A DNA stretch of 63,744 nt, counting the filler, from Conidiobolus incongruus B7586 (Eukaryota): assembly GCA_000697335.1 (NCBI GenBank). It is 25 parts of 25 records of this genome, joined end to end, with 100 filler letters (N's around TTAATTAATTAA, not from the genome) between each part and the next. Parts side by side here need not be neighbours in the genome. Positions count along the whole stretch, not along the records: positions 40,765 to 42,858 come from JNEM01003918.1; positions 42,959 to 51,963 come from JNEM01003923.1; positions 52,064 to 53,281 come from JNEM01003926.1; 22 more parts are not named here. One strand, given 5' to 3'. Shown one piece after another: positions 40,776-53,281 of this stretch. Both the position numbers and the translations under genes were made by a program. Below the pieces are notes generated by a model, which had not been told where the DNA came from, searched no databases, and saw only the letters and a program-made list of their open reading frames with translations. The stretch's first letter is position 1. The number at the start of each line of letters is the position of its first letter.

Positions 40776-42342
40776 ATATTAATCTACAAAAGTAAGTCAT
40801 AAAATCAAATATATATATATTTTAATTAATAACTAAAATAATTATATATATTATATTACCTAAAACTAAAATATATAATTAAAGTATATTATTTGATAAT
40901 AAAAAAATATTTAGTTATATTTAGTAAACTATTAGCAAAAATATTAACCCTTAATATTCAACCATAATAAGTTATAAATTTATAGGTTTTTAAGATAAAA
41001 AGATATATTTAACAGTATATAATAATATTTTTTTTCTTTTTTTGTTATTATTTTATATAATATTTTATAGATATATTAAATTCTTTTTATTAATATTATA
41101 ATACCTAAATTCCTCTCTAAAAAAATTTATTTGTATATTAATCAACTTTATAAAAAAGATATATCAACTTATAATATTATTAGAATTACTAATGTTAATT
41201 AATTTACTATAGTTAAAGTTGTTAAAAATTATAATAAAGATATATTTAAACTTAAACTTAAGTATGTTAAGATTATAATTAAATATAATACAAAATATAT
41301 TTATAGGTTAGTTAATATAAACAAATATAATATTATTATAATAATATAACAAAAACTATAAAACTATATAAAAATATTAGTTAATATTAATACCAATATA
41401 TATACTTTATATTAATATAGATATTACTTATATATTAAGAAAAAATACCCTTAACTAAAAAAATCTTATTACAAAGTTAAGTAAAATTTAAATGTCACTA
41501 TTAATATTAAATTAAAATTAATTAAAATAAAGTTATTTAGCTTAATAAAACAAAAATATATTTTAACAAATTTAATAAAAAAACTAAATACTTTAAAAAA
41601 GATATAAAATTAGTTTATGACTATTATGTTAATTTTACCTAAAAATATAATAATAGGTTAATTATTATTTAAGAATTTATATTATTTTTAGGTGTAAAAT
41701 ATTTTTATAAAATTAATAAGGAATTAATATTAAGATATATTAAAATATTCTAAATAATAAATTGACAAAAACTATTGAATAATATAAGTTAAAGAAATCT
41801 AATATTATTTTTTAGTAAAATAATGCTTCTTGTTATATTATAACTTTTACTACCAAATAACTTAAAAATAACAAGATAATAGTTATAAAATTGCTTTTTT
41901 AATCTTTTAACCTTAATTTAATTAAATTTTTTAAGATTAGTTAAAAAGATTGTTAAAGTTTTCCTTTTGAAAAAAATTTAAATCAGCTTTAAAAATATAT
42001 TTAAAAAATATAAAATAAGATTAACCTTTTTATTATAAGAAGTTAATTTATTCTATACCCTATAAGCTTAAAAAAGTTAAAAAAACTAAAGATAAATATA
42101 TTAAGTTTTAATTTTTTTTATCATCAAAAACCTATAAATTTATAATTTATTTCAGATAAAATTTAAAAGTTTATATTTTAACCAATTAATAACTAAATAT
42201 TTTCATCTAATGATATATATATTTAATATATATAATAGATTTTAATTATTTAATTTAAGTTTATTTTATTAAATATTAATTAAGTTATTAAAAAAAATAT
42301 AAATATTTTTGTTTTTATAACTTACTTTTATAAGTTAGAATA
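40776..42342 (+). mobile_element. Full-length degenerate Tc1 family B, about 1.57 kb, both ends present
   Basis: Left end aatctacaaaagtaagtcataaaatc; right end ttttataacttacttttataagttag is its inverse. An inner repeat ataagttataaatttataggttttt (about 40966) has its inverse at about 42127. Confidence 0.9.
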
Positions 42343-43227
42343 TAAATAATTAATAAATATTAAAAAATAACTTAAATATTTAATCAATAAAATTTAATAA
42401 TAATCAATAGATATAATAATAATATATATTTTAATAGATGGTAAAAAAATAATCATAGTTTATAATATAGTTTTATGAAAATTAATTGAAAATTTAATTT
42501 TATATTATAATAAGTTTGATATATTTAAAAATAAAAAATATTTCACTTAAAGTTTATTATCAAAAATTAAATAATATTTATAAATTATATAAAATCTTAA
42601 GATTATCAATATTATAAAAAAATATCAGATGTATTTTTAAATTTAAAATTATAAATTTAAAATAAATTTTGCTAAGGTTTTTTAAATCTTGATTTAAAAC
42701 CAAATTTATATAAATTTGATATAGTAATATATGAATTATAATATATATATCTTGGTTGTCTATAATTATAATAAAATATAATTAAATATAAGTTATTTCT
42801 TTATATAAATATAATTTAACTTTATTATATTATTCTTTATAATTAGTTATTTAATATANNNNNNNNNNNNNNNNNNNNNNNNNNNNNNNNNNNNNNNNNN
42901 NNTTAATTAATTAANNNNNNNNNNNNNNNNNNNNNNNNNNNNNNNNNNNNNNNNNNNNATTTAAAATATATATTAATTATAAATATCATATTTATACTAA
43001 ATTATTAGTTTTAATTAATCTTATTGAAAATAGGTTTGGTTAATTTAATAACAAAAAATCCAGGATAAAGAATTATTATTATATATTTATAAACCTATAA
43101 TATATAATTTTACTATATCAAGTATTAAGAATATACTAAAGAAAACAAATTAATACAATTGATTTGATGATTTATTAAAAACATTATTTTCTAATTTTTT
43201 TGTTTAGTTTATTTTAATTTGGGTTAT

Positions 43228-43557
43228 TTTTATATTTCAGAATTAATCACCTATTTTAGTATAATAGATAAACCAATATTATTTCTATTTTAAGCTAACT
43301 ATGTCAGTTTATAATTAAAGGATACTCTTTGTTCTTTTTGTTAAATATATTATTTATTAAATCAACTATTTAAGCCCAAAATTAATAAAGATAATAAGGA
43401 AGTTTTTTTTGGATATTCTATTATAACATCTCAATAGTAAGTTTTAAGACATACAGTCCCAATATATTAAAAAACAAGATTAATAAATAATTTACTGAAT
43501 TATATTACTAGTACTTTTCTAACAATGATCTTTATTTACAAAACTTATTATATAACA
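43228..43557 (+). mobile_element. Putative solo LTR (family 4), heavily mutated copy
   Basis: Homologous to 9057-9406 but more AT-rich; ends TATAACA. Confidence 0.5.
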
Positions 43558-46239
43558 CAATATTATCTTAAATAAAACCTTATTTAATTCTTTATAGTTT
43601 TTGTGATAAGATTATATTATCTTTGACTGACTTCTTTTCAATAATAATGTTTTCTCAAATTTAAATTACTAAATAAAACTACTGAATTATTTTACATTGC
43701 GACTCACAATATAATATAAATTATAATAAATCTGAAATTTCCAAATATATTTTCAATTTATTTTATTGAATATATTAATATAAATATATTTTTACATTTT
43801 TTGACGACCAAAATCAGCAAAATTAGTGCAATTCAAACTTTCGAAATTCTTAAAAATAACTTATAAATGATTCAAATCGATAATATTAAATACTATGATA
43901 ATTTTAACATATATATATCAATATTGCTAATTGCAATCTTATTTATATTTTTAACTATTGATTTATTCTTTCAAATCTAACTATTAATAATTAAAATAAA
44001 TATCAAAAATATAAATTTAATAAATAAGTAAATTTATTTAAGTAATTCAACTGTTAAATAATCAGTATTAATAAAATGAAAATTAAATAAACTGAAATAT
44101 TATAGCTCATATTTGAAATATTTATATTAGAATATTCTTATTGAAATATATAATCTTTTAAGTAAAAACTTTGGCAAAATGATCAAAATATTTAATTAAT
44201 AATCAAATTAATTAATCATATAATTATATTATTATTAAAAATTTATGCTACATGGTATCATTCCATTGTCAAATAAATAAATATATATATATAATTAAAA
44301 AAAACTTAAATAATTTGTGAATAATAAAAGTCGATGCCATACCATTTTTTAAGGGATATTAGAGTATATCAATTCAGTGTCATAGTATTAAATTAGTTCA
44401 AATTAAGGAGATTTTCATTATTTAATATTACGAATTGAGTTGAGTAATTGGAATACTTAATACAAAATTAAACATAATATAAAAGGGGGAAAAATATTAT
44501 AATCGTTCATTATAATAATATAAATGCTGAATATTAAGAGTTTATATAGATTCACTCCAGATTTATTTCAAAAACTCTGTTTAATTTGTTTTAATCTGAA
44601 TTATTCATATAACCATTAAACATATTTTATCAAGTCCAACGAAATAATCATAAATAAAGTAAAAATCAAAATTCCAAATAATATTTAAATATCATGATGA
44701 AACTTGATTACTTATTTTGTATAAATTCAATATTACTATCCTTTAATATTTCAATAATTATCAATTTACTGTTACTAAATCTATATATTGTCAAATATCC
44801 AGTGGATTAACTATATATTAAAACCGAAATGAATTTAATTGTAATATGAGTATTATTAATAAAAACTCATTATAATAAAAATTTAGATAAGATTTTGATG
44901 TTAAATTATATAATTAGAGATCATATTAAATCAGTGATTTCCTTTGGCAAGTGGTGTGAATATTAATTTAATGAATGATATAATATAAAATTTGAATATT
45001 TATTTTAAATCAATAAATCACCTTTAAATTATACAATACCTTTTAAAAAATTACCCTTTTGATATAATTCCAATTAATACATAATTATCCATTGATTTTA
45101 TTATATTGAAGCTTATTTAAACAAAAATCATGGTGATTTTAATACCAGAGTAATATGTTATTATTTCAAATCAGTTTCCAAATTATAAATATATAATATA
45201 TTTCATTAAAAATGACAAAATCAAATTTTGAAAAAATTATCATTCCCTAATTTAAAAAATTATCAAGATTTGAAAATAAATTATTATATTCTGGAACAAT
45301 TATTACATACACACTGAAATTAGTTTTTCATTGCATTATTATTCTTATTATTAAAAAAATATGCTTTTATTTTGTTTTTTATAGTGACCATAAATCTCAT
45401 TTTAATCAAATATATTTTATATTTAACATGATGAGAAATATTCATTTTATTATTCGAAAAATATGTTAATTATATATATTTTATAAAAAATAATATTTAA
45501 ACTTTATTATTTACACTAATTAACTATAAAATTTAAATAATGATATTTATCTAAGTATTTCATTTTATTGTATCATATTAAAATATATTTAAACATCTGA
45601 TACTTGGAATATTAAATAGATTAAACTATTAATTATAATGAATTGTAATAATATTTAATATTAATCATTTTGATATTTTATATTGTTTAATATTACTAAT
45701 TATTCAAAAAATATTAAGTTTATTCCAAAAACTTACTAAATAAATTTTTTATTAAATTAAACATTTTACAAATTGATAAGATTTTAAAGGATATTACCAA
45801 TTAAAGACAGTTCAGTTGAATTATAAAAAGAGTTTTTAATATAGAAAAATTATTGATATTATTAGTTGGTTATTAATAAAATAATTCTAGGATATATTTA
45901 AAGATATATAATGTTATTTATGGAGTAGGATATTGCTCTTTGTACAAGGTAGCTAATTTAATAATTACAATACTAACAAATCAATTTTCTTAATTGATAA
46001 TTTAAATTTTAATGAATATTTTATTATTTAAATTATTTCAAAATTAAGAAATTCTATTATATAAGTTCAATATTCTTGGTACTTAAATTTTATAATATAT
46101 ATTTTTTACTAATAATTTAAAAATATTAATATATTTAATTAATGAATCTTGAATTAATTTTATCTATATTTTCAATCAGTTTTAATATTAATACTGGAGA
46201 TTGATTTAAAATTCAAAAATTTTAACCAGGTGTTTATTA

Positions 46240-46981
46240 TTTTTATCGTTTTGGACTTAGTAGATATTCAATCGTTAATTTCATACTAAATCATGTTAAT
46301 CATGATATTATGTTGAAGGCATAGCTATCATTTGAATGGTTACTTATTCTAAAGCTTTGGGTTATCTAGCTCGAGTCTGAACACATGTTTAAGTTGATTC
46401 AGATATTTGAACCGTTGCAAGAATCTACCATTATCAAAAAGTTGTCAATTAATTGTAAATAGATTGATGGTGATAATCAACGCGGTATTCAGCTATGTTC
46501 CGATACATTTTAACAATTTTACGATAATTCCGTTTAAAGGATACTTGCGATATGAATTAATAATAAAGATTGGAAAATTGAACTATATCTGATTCTGAAG
46601 TGTTTTCAAGTGATATAGAATATAATGGTAATCACAGTATGTTATGACAAAATTATAATACAGCCTATTGATGTTAAATATATCATCAATTGCGAAATGA
46701 TCATTCTTCAATCAATTAATTCTGAAAACGCTATAGGTAAAATGAAATGCGAAACAAATATTATTATGAAGAGGATGAAATTGATGCTATCTATTTATTT
46801 CGTGAGTTTGCACCCTTTTAGAGCTATTCAAGGCATCTATCGAATAATTCACATATATCCGCTGATGTTATTGGACAGTATTACTAGTTGTCTAGCTCAT
46901 GTTATCCCATTGGTTAACTCCTTGTATATTATTTAACTTTGTACGGATATAAGACAACAAATCAAAAAAAACTATTTTATG
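46240..46981 (+). pseudogene. Probable pseudogene of a rhodopsin-family GPCR-like membrane protein (ORF fragments 46407-46592 and 46625-46936)
   Basis: GC-richer stretch with hydrophobic segments ending LLDSITSCLAHVIPLVNSLYII*LCTDIRQQIKK, a TM7/helix-8-like pattern; broken by stops and frameshifts. Confidence 0.4.
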
Positions 46982-47043
46982 ATAGAATAAATCAATAAAA
47001 TAAAATGATAATTATAATGGTTTATATGTATGAATGAATTATA

Positions 47044-47407
47044 TTAGAAATCTAACTTGCTCTTTTTGCTAACTTTCTTTTTACCATTTTGAACAGCTTT
47101 AGGAATCTTTTTCAAATTTTTCTTTTTAGTCTTAGATTGATCTAAAAATAATTTAATAAATATTATATAATTAAAATTGAAAGTTGATAAACTTACTGAA
47201 AATGACACCAGCTTCCTTTTCTCTTTGAAATTCTTCCTGTAAATCTTGGTAAAATTGCTTATCTTTTTCACTCAAAACTTGACTCGTTTGCTTTTCTTGA
47301 GCTTTGGAAAGTCTTCTAAGTCTAAGGATTTCGACAGGTTTGTGAATTTGCTCTCTACGAATAGACCTAGCTCTCTTTTTGGAGGTGGACTTGACAGATT
47401 TGGCCAT
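47044..47407 (-). CDS. Small basic DUF2423 / YBL028C / LLPH-like protein, 102 aa; exons 47407-47197 and 47141-47044
   Basis: N-terminus MAKSVKSTSKKRARSIRR matches the MAKSLRS family signature. A 55-nt GTAAGT...TAG intron (47142-47196) joins the two listed ORFs in frame to a Lys-rich tail ending SKLDF. Confidence 0.85.
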
Positions 47408-48532
47408 TATTTAGATATAGTTAAATTAGTAACAAAATTGGAGTAAATATATTATACAATTATTTAATATAAGACAAAAAAAAATAATTTCTATTAATAA
47501 TTATTTTTTTTCTATTCTATTGAAATTTTTTAATAATTAATTGAATATTTTGAAATTTCCTTATTTTTAAAATTTTTCATATTATACTATACATTTTCCA
47601 AATTATGGGATTTTATTCTCATTTTAAATATTAATTGAAAAATTTAATGATTAATATAAACTTTTATTTCCTAATTAGTAATCTCTTTTACCAAATGTGG
47701 AACTTTAATCACAATATTCAATGTTAAATTAAAAATTGATTAGTTTAAAAAACAATATTTATCATATACAAAGATAGAGATGAGTTTGATTACAATAATT
47801 CTAGTTCAATAAATTTTTAACATAATTTCTTAAAAACTAGAATAATGTCAGATTTAAAAAGATTTATAGAATTTCTAAAACGAATTACAGTATTTGTCAA
47901 TGGTATATTAAATATATTTCTAATTGATTTAATTATCAAATATCAATTTGACCCTTTTGTCGACTTTGATATATTGTTGAGATGATAAGTGATTCTCAAA
48001 CATGATTGTGGTTCCAATTACAGAATTATATAATAAATTATTATCACGAATTAAATATTTATTATATATATTCTTTATAATTTCTAGTAGAATAACTAAT
48101 CATTAAATATATTGAAAATTTTTTATGTAATTAAGATAATGAACTTATTGGTATATGGAGATAAATTTTAACCACATATTGTTTATACTCGCACTTTAAT
48201 AACAGTTATACTTCATACATCCGTTTTTCTAATATATAAAATCTAAGGATACTAATTTATAAATTCAATCATATATAGTCAATAGATAATATTATGTAAA
48301 TGATAATCCAAAATACTAATTTTTTGAAATGAATATGTTTTTTGAAAATTATTTTTAAATGATGTATCATTATTAAATTTATTAATTCAAATTTTTGAAA
48401 TTTAAATAAAATATGGTTGGTGAAAAGGTTAAAATAAAATGAATCAATTATTCTCATTTGTCAAGGGGTTAAAATTTGGATTAATAGAGATAATTAATTC
48501 AAAAATAAGTTTTTTTATTTCATAATTAATTA

Positions 48533-50433
48533 TTAAGTTAATTTACCTCTCAAATATTCCATTACAGCTTTAGTCCCCTGTTGTAAAGTTTGCTGTCTAG
48601 GAATTCGGAAGGAATTTCCCATAAGATTCAAATTCGTAATGGTGGTGACTAGTCCCAATTCGGGTGGGACGGTACCAATATCGTTGTTGGAGAGATCCAA
48701 AATTTGGATGCCGTTGAAAAGTTGGGGCTGGATTTGGGTGATATGATTGTTGGCAAGGTTTAGTTGAATCAGCTTGGGGAAGAGATGGCACTGAGATTGG
48801 GAAAATAAGCCTTGAATTCGATTCATACTGAGATTGAGATCAATTAGGGATGGGAATTGAATTGTGGAATCATCAGTGACAGGGTATTCTGTAATTAGAT
48901 TGTTAGTCAAGTTCAGCAACTTCAATTGAGTTAACTGATACAACTCGATGGGGAAAACTGTCAGCTTGTTGTTAGAGAGGTCCACTTCTGTAACACTTTG
49001 GAATTGAATGGTGGATGGAGGAAATTGGGTCAAGTTCAATTTCATAAATTGAAAAATTTGGGGCTGGAATGGTAAATCACCTTTCAAAGTTGTCTCAATC
49101 TGGTCCATGGAGTAGCCAGTGTTGGCAAAATTCAAAATTTTGTGACTGGATTCAAATTGAGTTAAAGTTAAAGGGAATTCGGAGGCCTTAGCGCTGGATG
49201 AGTGATTTGGGCTATCAACATCCATAGGTTCATTATTAACTTCCCCTTGATTGGAACGATTACCATCGTCTCGAGAAATATCCAATCTCGACAACAAAAT
49301 TCGTTTCAAATCCTCAAAAGTCTTATGTCTTGGAATATTCTTAAACAAATTCCCATCCAAATTCAAAGTCTTGAGATTCTCCAAAGCGCCCAATCTAGGA
49401 TCTAAATGCGTCAAATTATTGTAGCTGATATCCAAATGATACAAATCTTGAAGTGAGTAAACGATCTCAGGTAATTCTTTCAACGAATTCTTGTTAATTT
49501 TTAAAACATTAAGATGTGGCTTATCATGTAAAAGGGGGGTAGTTGTCAAATCTTCAAATTCGTTATTATCCAGTTCCAAGTGCTTCAATTGGGGTGCTTT
49601 TAAGTCAAAAGTCCATGATTTGATGCGATTGGCGGATAATTTGAATATGTATAAATTGTCAAAGGTCATTGGTTTGTCAAAACAGTGGGTCAGTTGATTA
49701 AAACTCAGGTCTAACTCCTCCAAACTCTGCCAAGTATCCATCGACAGTTTAAATTCTTTCAAATCATTGTGATTCAAAAGTAATTTCTTCAAATTTTGAA
49801 GCTCCATAATCCTTTCAGGCACTTGAGTCAATTTATTCGAACCCAAATTCAGTACTGTTAAATTTTTCAAATTTAATATCTCAATTGGTAATTCATTATG
49901 AATAAAATTATTATTCAAATACAATTCCTTTAATTGATTTAATTCGAATATTTGAATGGGAAAGATATTGAATTCATTGTGATGAAGTCCTAAAACTTCC
50001 AAATCACCAAAATGTTTCAAACTCTCTGGCAACCTTTTCAACTTGTTATAATTCAAATCAAGTACTTTTAACTTGTCCAATATGCCTAAATCTTCGGTGA
50101 GTTCCATAATATCATTGTTACTTAGTACTAATTTGGTTAGAGGGACAATTTCCCACCAAGGAATACTGTCATCATCCATCATAGATTGATTGGAAGTGGT
50201 TCGAGGCTTATAAACATCGTAAAGTTTTTGAGGTATTTCAGTTAATCCTCTATTAATTAAAGATAAAATACCTAACCACTATGGTTACACTTCATATAAA
50301 ATATTCAAGAGTGTTAGTTACCTGTAGTTTTAGCTTCGTCCAACAATTTTTGAGGGATTGGATCATCTGGAATTTGAACTTGAAAAGGATCGAATTTATT
50401 GCGTTTGTTGCGGGGTTGTTGCCAAGGTTTCAT
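48533..50433 (-). CDS. LRRC40: Leucine-rich repeat protein, LRRC40 orthologue, about 616 aa; exons 50433-50322 and 50271-48533
   Basis: WWEIVPLTKLVLSNN and C-terminal GNSFRIPRQQTLQQGTKAVMEYLR match LRRC40 hallmarks. A 50-nt GTAACT...TAG intron (50272-50321) extends the ORF in frame (LLDEAKTTGILSLINRGLTEIP). A further 5' exon cannot be excluded. Confidence 0.88.
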
Positions 50434-50994
50434 TACTTTTTGCTGTTAAACTAATAGGATTTGATAAGGAATTAAAGTGACCTCATAAAGAGTGTTAAAT
50501 ATTCACTCTACTAATAATAAAGATATTATGGGATTTTATCTGGTATATGACATCACCATTTCCAACCTTCAAATTGAATTCAAAAATTTTAGTTTTATTT
50601 GATAAAAATTATAATAAATAGCATTAATTATACAGAAATGATTTAAATTCAATCCTATATAATCTTCGAAGCTTTTACACTACTTGTATCATCCATTCAG
50701 TTACAATGAGTATTCAATCAGTGCTAGAACATTAATAAATTTGCAATATTCAGAATTATTTAATTGCCTTAATCAAAATAATTTTAAATTAAACAATTTT
50801 AGAAAAATATCAGGCAAATTTATTTGACCATTAAATATGGCTGTTTCTAAACTAAATCCATTGGAATAGTATGGTGGTATTACATCAATACAAAATCATA
50901 TAACTGCAAAACACACTACAATTAATTCAACCTTAAATCCTATTTAATTAAATATAAACCAACCAATTATATTTTATATCCTAAACTTTAAAAA

Positions 50995-51482
50995 TATTAA
51001 TTTAGAAAAAAAAATGTCTAATTTTTGAATTTTTGATTTTTCAAATATAATTCTAAAATTGAAAAATTGATTATATATAAAATATACTAAAGAATTAATA
51101 TTTTTTAAATATATATATATTGTAATTATTTTTTTAATTAAAATATTTTTAATTTAAAATTTAATGTTTAATTTAATTATATTTAAAATATATAATAGTT
51201 ATTATAAGTCATTTATTTTAATATTATTAAAAATTAACTATAAACCCTTTTAAATCATTTAAGATTTATAAATAGTTTATATAAAAAATATCTTATTTAA
51301 ATTTACCAATTATTAATAGGTTTGATATTTTAAAGCCAAAATAGATAATATTTAAAATTTATTTAAATTTAATAAATTTATTATTAGTATTACTTTTTTA
51401 TTATTTAATATAATAAAAAAATATTTAAAAATATTATTTCATTTTAACTAAACTATTATTCAAATAATTGAACACTGATAAT
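50995..51482 (+). mobile_element. Mariner family A variant, 5' part, interrupted by a Tc1 copy
   Basis: Colinear with 11612-12065. Confidence 0.7.
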
Positions 51483-51483
51483 A

Positions 51484-51963
51484 TACTAACCTATAAAAAT
51501 GAGTCATAAAATCAAAAACACTTATATTTTTATTAATAACTTAATTAATATTTAATCAAATAAACTTAAATTAAATAATTAAAATTTATAATATTTATTA
51601 ATAATAAAAATCATTAAATGATGATATTTAGTTATTAATTAGTTAAAATATCAACCTTTAAATTTTACCTAAAATGAGTTATAAATTTATAGATTTTTAA
51701 TAATAAATAAATTAAAATTTAATATATTTTCTTTTAATTTTTTTAATTTCTTTAAGTTTATAGGGTATAAAATCAATTAACTTTTTATAATAAAAAGCTT
51801 AATTGTGTTTTATATTTATTAAATATATTTTTAAAGTTGATTTAAATTTTTTATTAAGGGAAAAACTTTAATATCTTTTTTTAATTAATCTTAAAAGTAT
51901 TTAATTAAATTAAGGTTAAAATATTAAAAAAGTTATTTTATAACTATTATCTTATTATTTTTA
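51484..51963 (-). mobile_element. Tc1 family B 3' end with TIR
   Basis: Starts tactaacctataaaaatgagtcataaaatc after TA; colinear with 22555-23035. Confidence 0.88.
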
Positions 51964-52124
51964 NNNNNNNNNNNNNNNNNNNNNNNNNNNNNNNNNNNNN
52001 NNNNNNNTTAATTAATTAANNNNNNNNNNNNNNNNNNNNNNNNNNNNNNNNNNNNNNNNNNNNTTTAATTTCAAAAATTAAATAATTTTTTAATTAATTA
52101 TTTTATAAATTATTAAATAAAATA

Positions 52125-53281
52125 ATACTTTGTAATTTAAATATAAGAATTTTTTTAATTGAAAAAAATATATATTTATATAAAAAGTAAAAATAAATAT
52201 ATTTTATAAAAATAAATATTTTTATTATTTCTAATAAATTTTTGCTATACTTTTATCAATAATTTAATGATTAAAAAATAATTTTTTTTATTAAAGATTA
52301 AAATTTAATATTTCATAAATTAATTAAATTTTTCTTATAGATATTTTCTTTCCTATAAGCTAGTTTTTTAATTGCCTAAAATAATTATAATTATATATGT
52401 TATAATTTAAAGAATATACTAGATATGCTAGTTTTTTCTTGTTATTTTTAATTAGAAAGTTTTTTATAACTTTAAATTTTTATATTTTATAATAATCATA
52501 TAAAATAATATGTTTGCTTAATTTATATTAAGAATATAAATTTAAAATAATTTTATTTAAAAAAATATTAAGTTTATTATTAATTAATTTTTATTTAAAA
52601 ACTAAATAAAAATAATTTATATTATTATAATCTATTATAACAATTAATATTTATTTATCAATAAAGTGTTTATTTAAAGGAATTTGTTAAGAGACTAGTT
52701 TTGTAAATTCTTATATATATTTCTATATAATTTAATTAACTATAAATTATATGATTAATTTATACTTCTATAGCTAAATTAATTATATAAATAGCATTGA
52801 ATTATCTAATAAATTAAGTTCCTCTTTTCCTCTCAATTTTTATTATTTTTTATCTTTTTCATTATTTTTAAGATTAAGACTATATCTTATTAATATTTTT
52901 ATATATTAATACTATCTAATATAAATCTTAATATATTAGTAACTTATCCTAGTTTGAAGCTTAATTAAACTTTGTTTATATTTGTATATTATAGTTATAT
53001 TATAGTACTACACTTTATGTTATATTATTTTTATATTAAAGTTTTCATCTATACTATATTGGTATTTTACTACTATATTTACAGAATTTATAATAAAGGT
53101 TAATTTAATTTAATTTAACTTTTTGATTTATATTTTAATAAAAGATTATATAAAAAAGTATAAGATTTATTAATTATAATAATTTATTGTAAAAAGTTTA
53201 GTTTCTAGTTATACCTTAGTAAGTTTTATTTAATAATAATTATTTTAATTTTTATTTAAGCTTTAGTTAAATTATAAGTTA
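52125..53281 (-). mobile_element. Mariner family A, 3' part, carrying a solo LTR
   Basis: TIR tactttgtaatttaaat; colinear with 13430-14185 once 52685-53088 is removed. Confidence 0.88.
52685..53083 (+). mobile_element. Solo LTR of chromovirus family 1, 399 bp, 5-bp TSD GAATT
   Basis: TGTTAA...TTTACA termini with GAATT at 52680-52684 and 53084-53088. The empty site aaaggaattt is visible at about 13990. Confidence 0.92.

Noticed and set aside
47246..49697. Short ORFs 47246-47446, 48269-48457, 48597-48791, 49202-49405 and 49491-49697 (also 7867-8055, 8290-8475)
   Set aside because: Shadow or alternative frames of real genes, or AT-rich chance ORFs.
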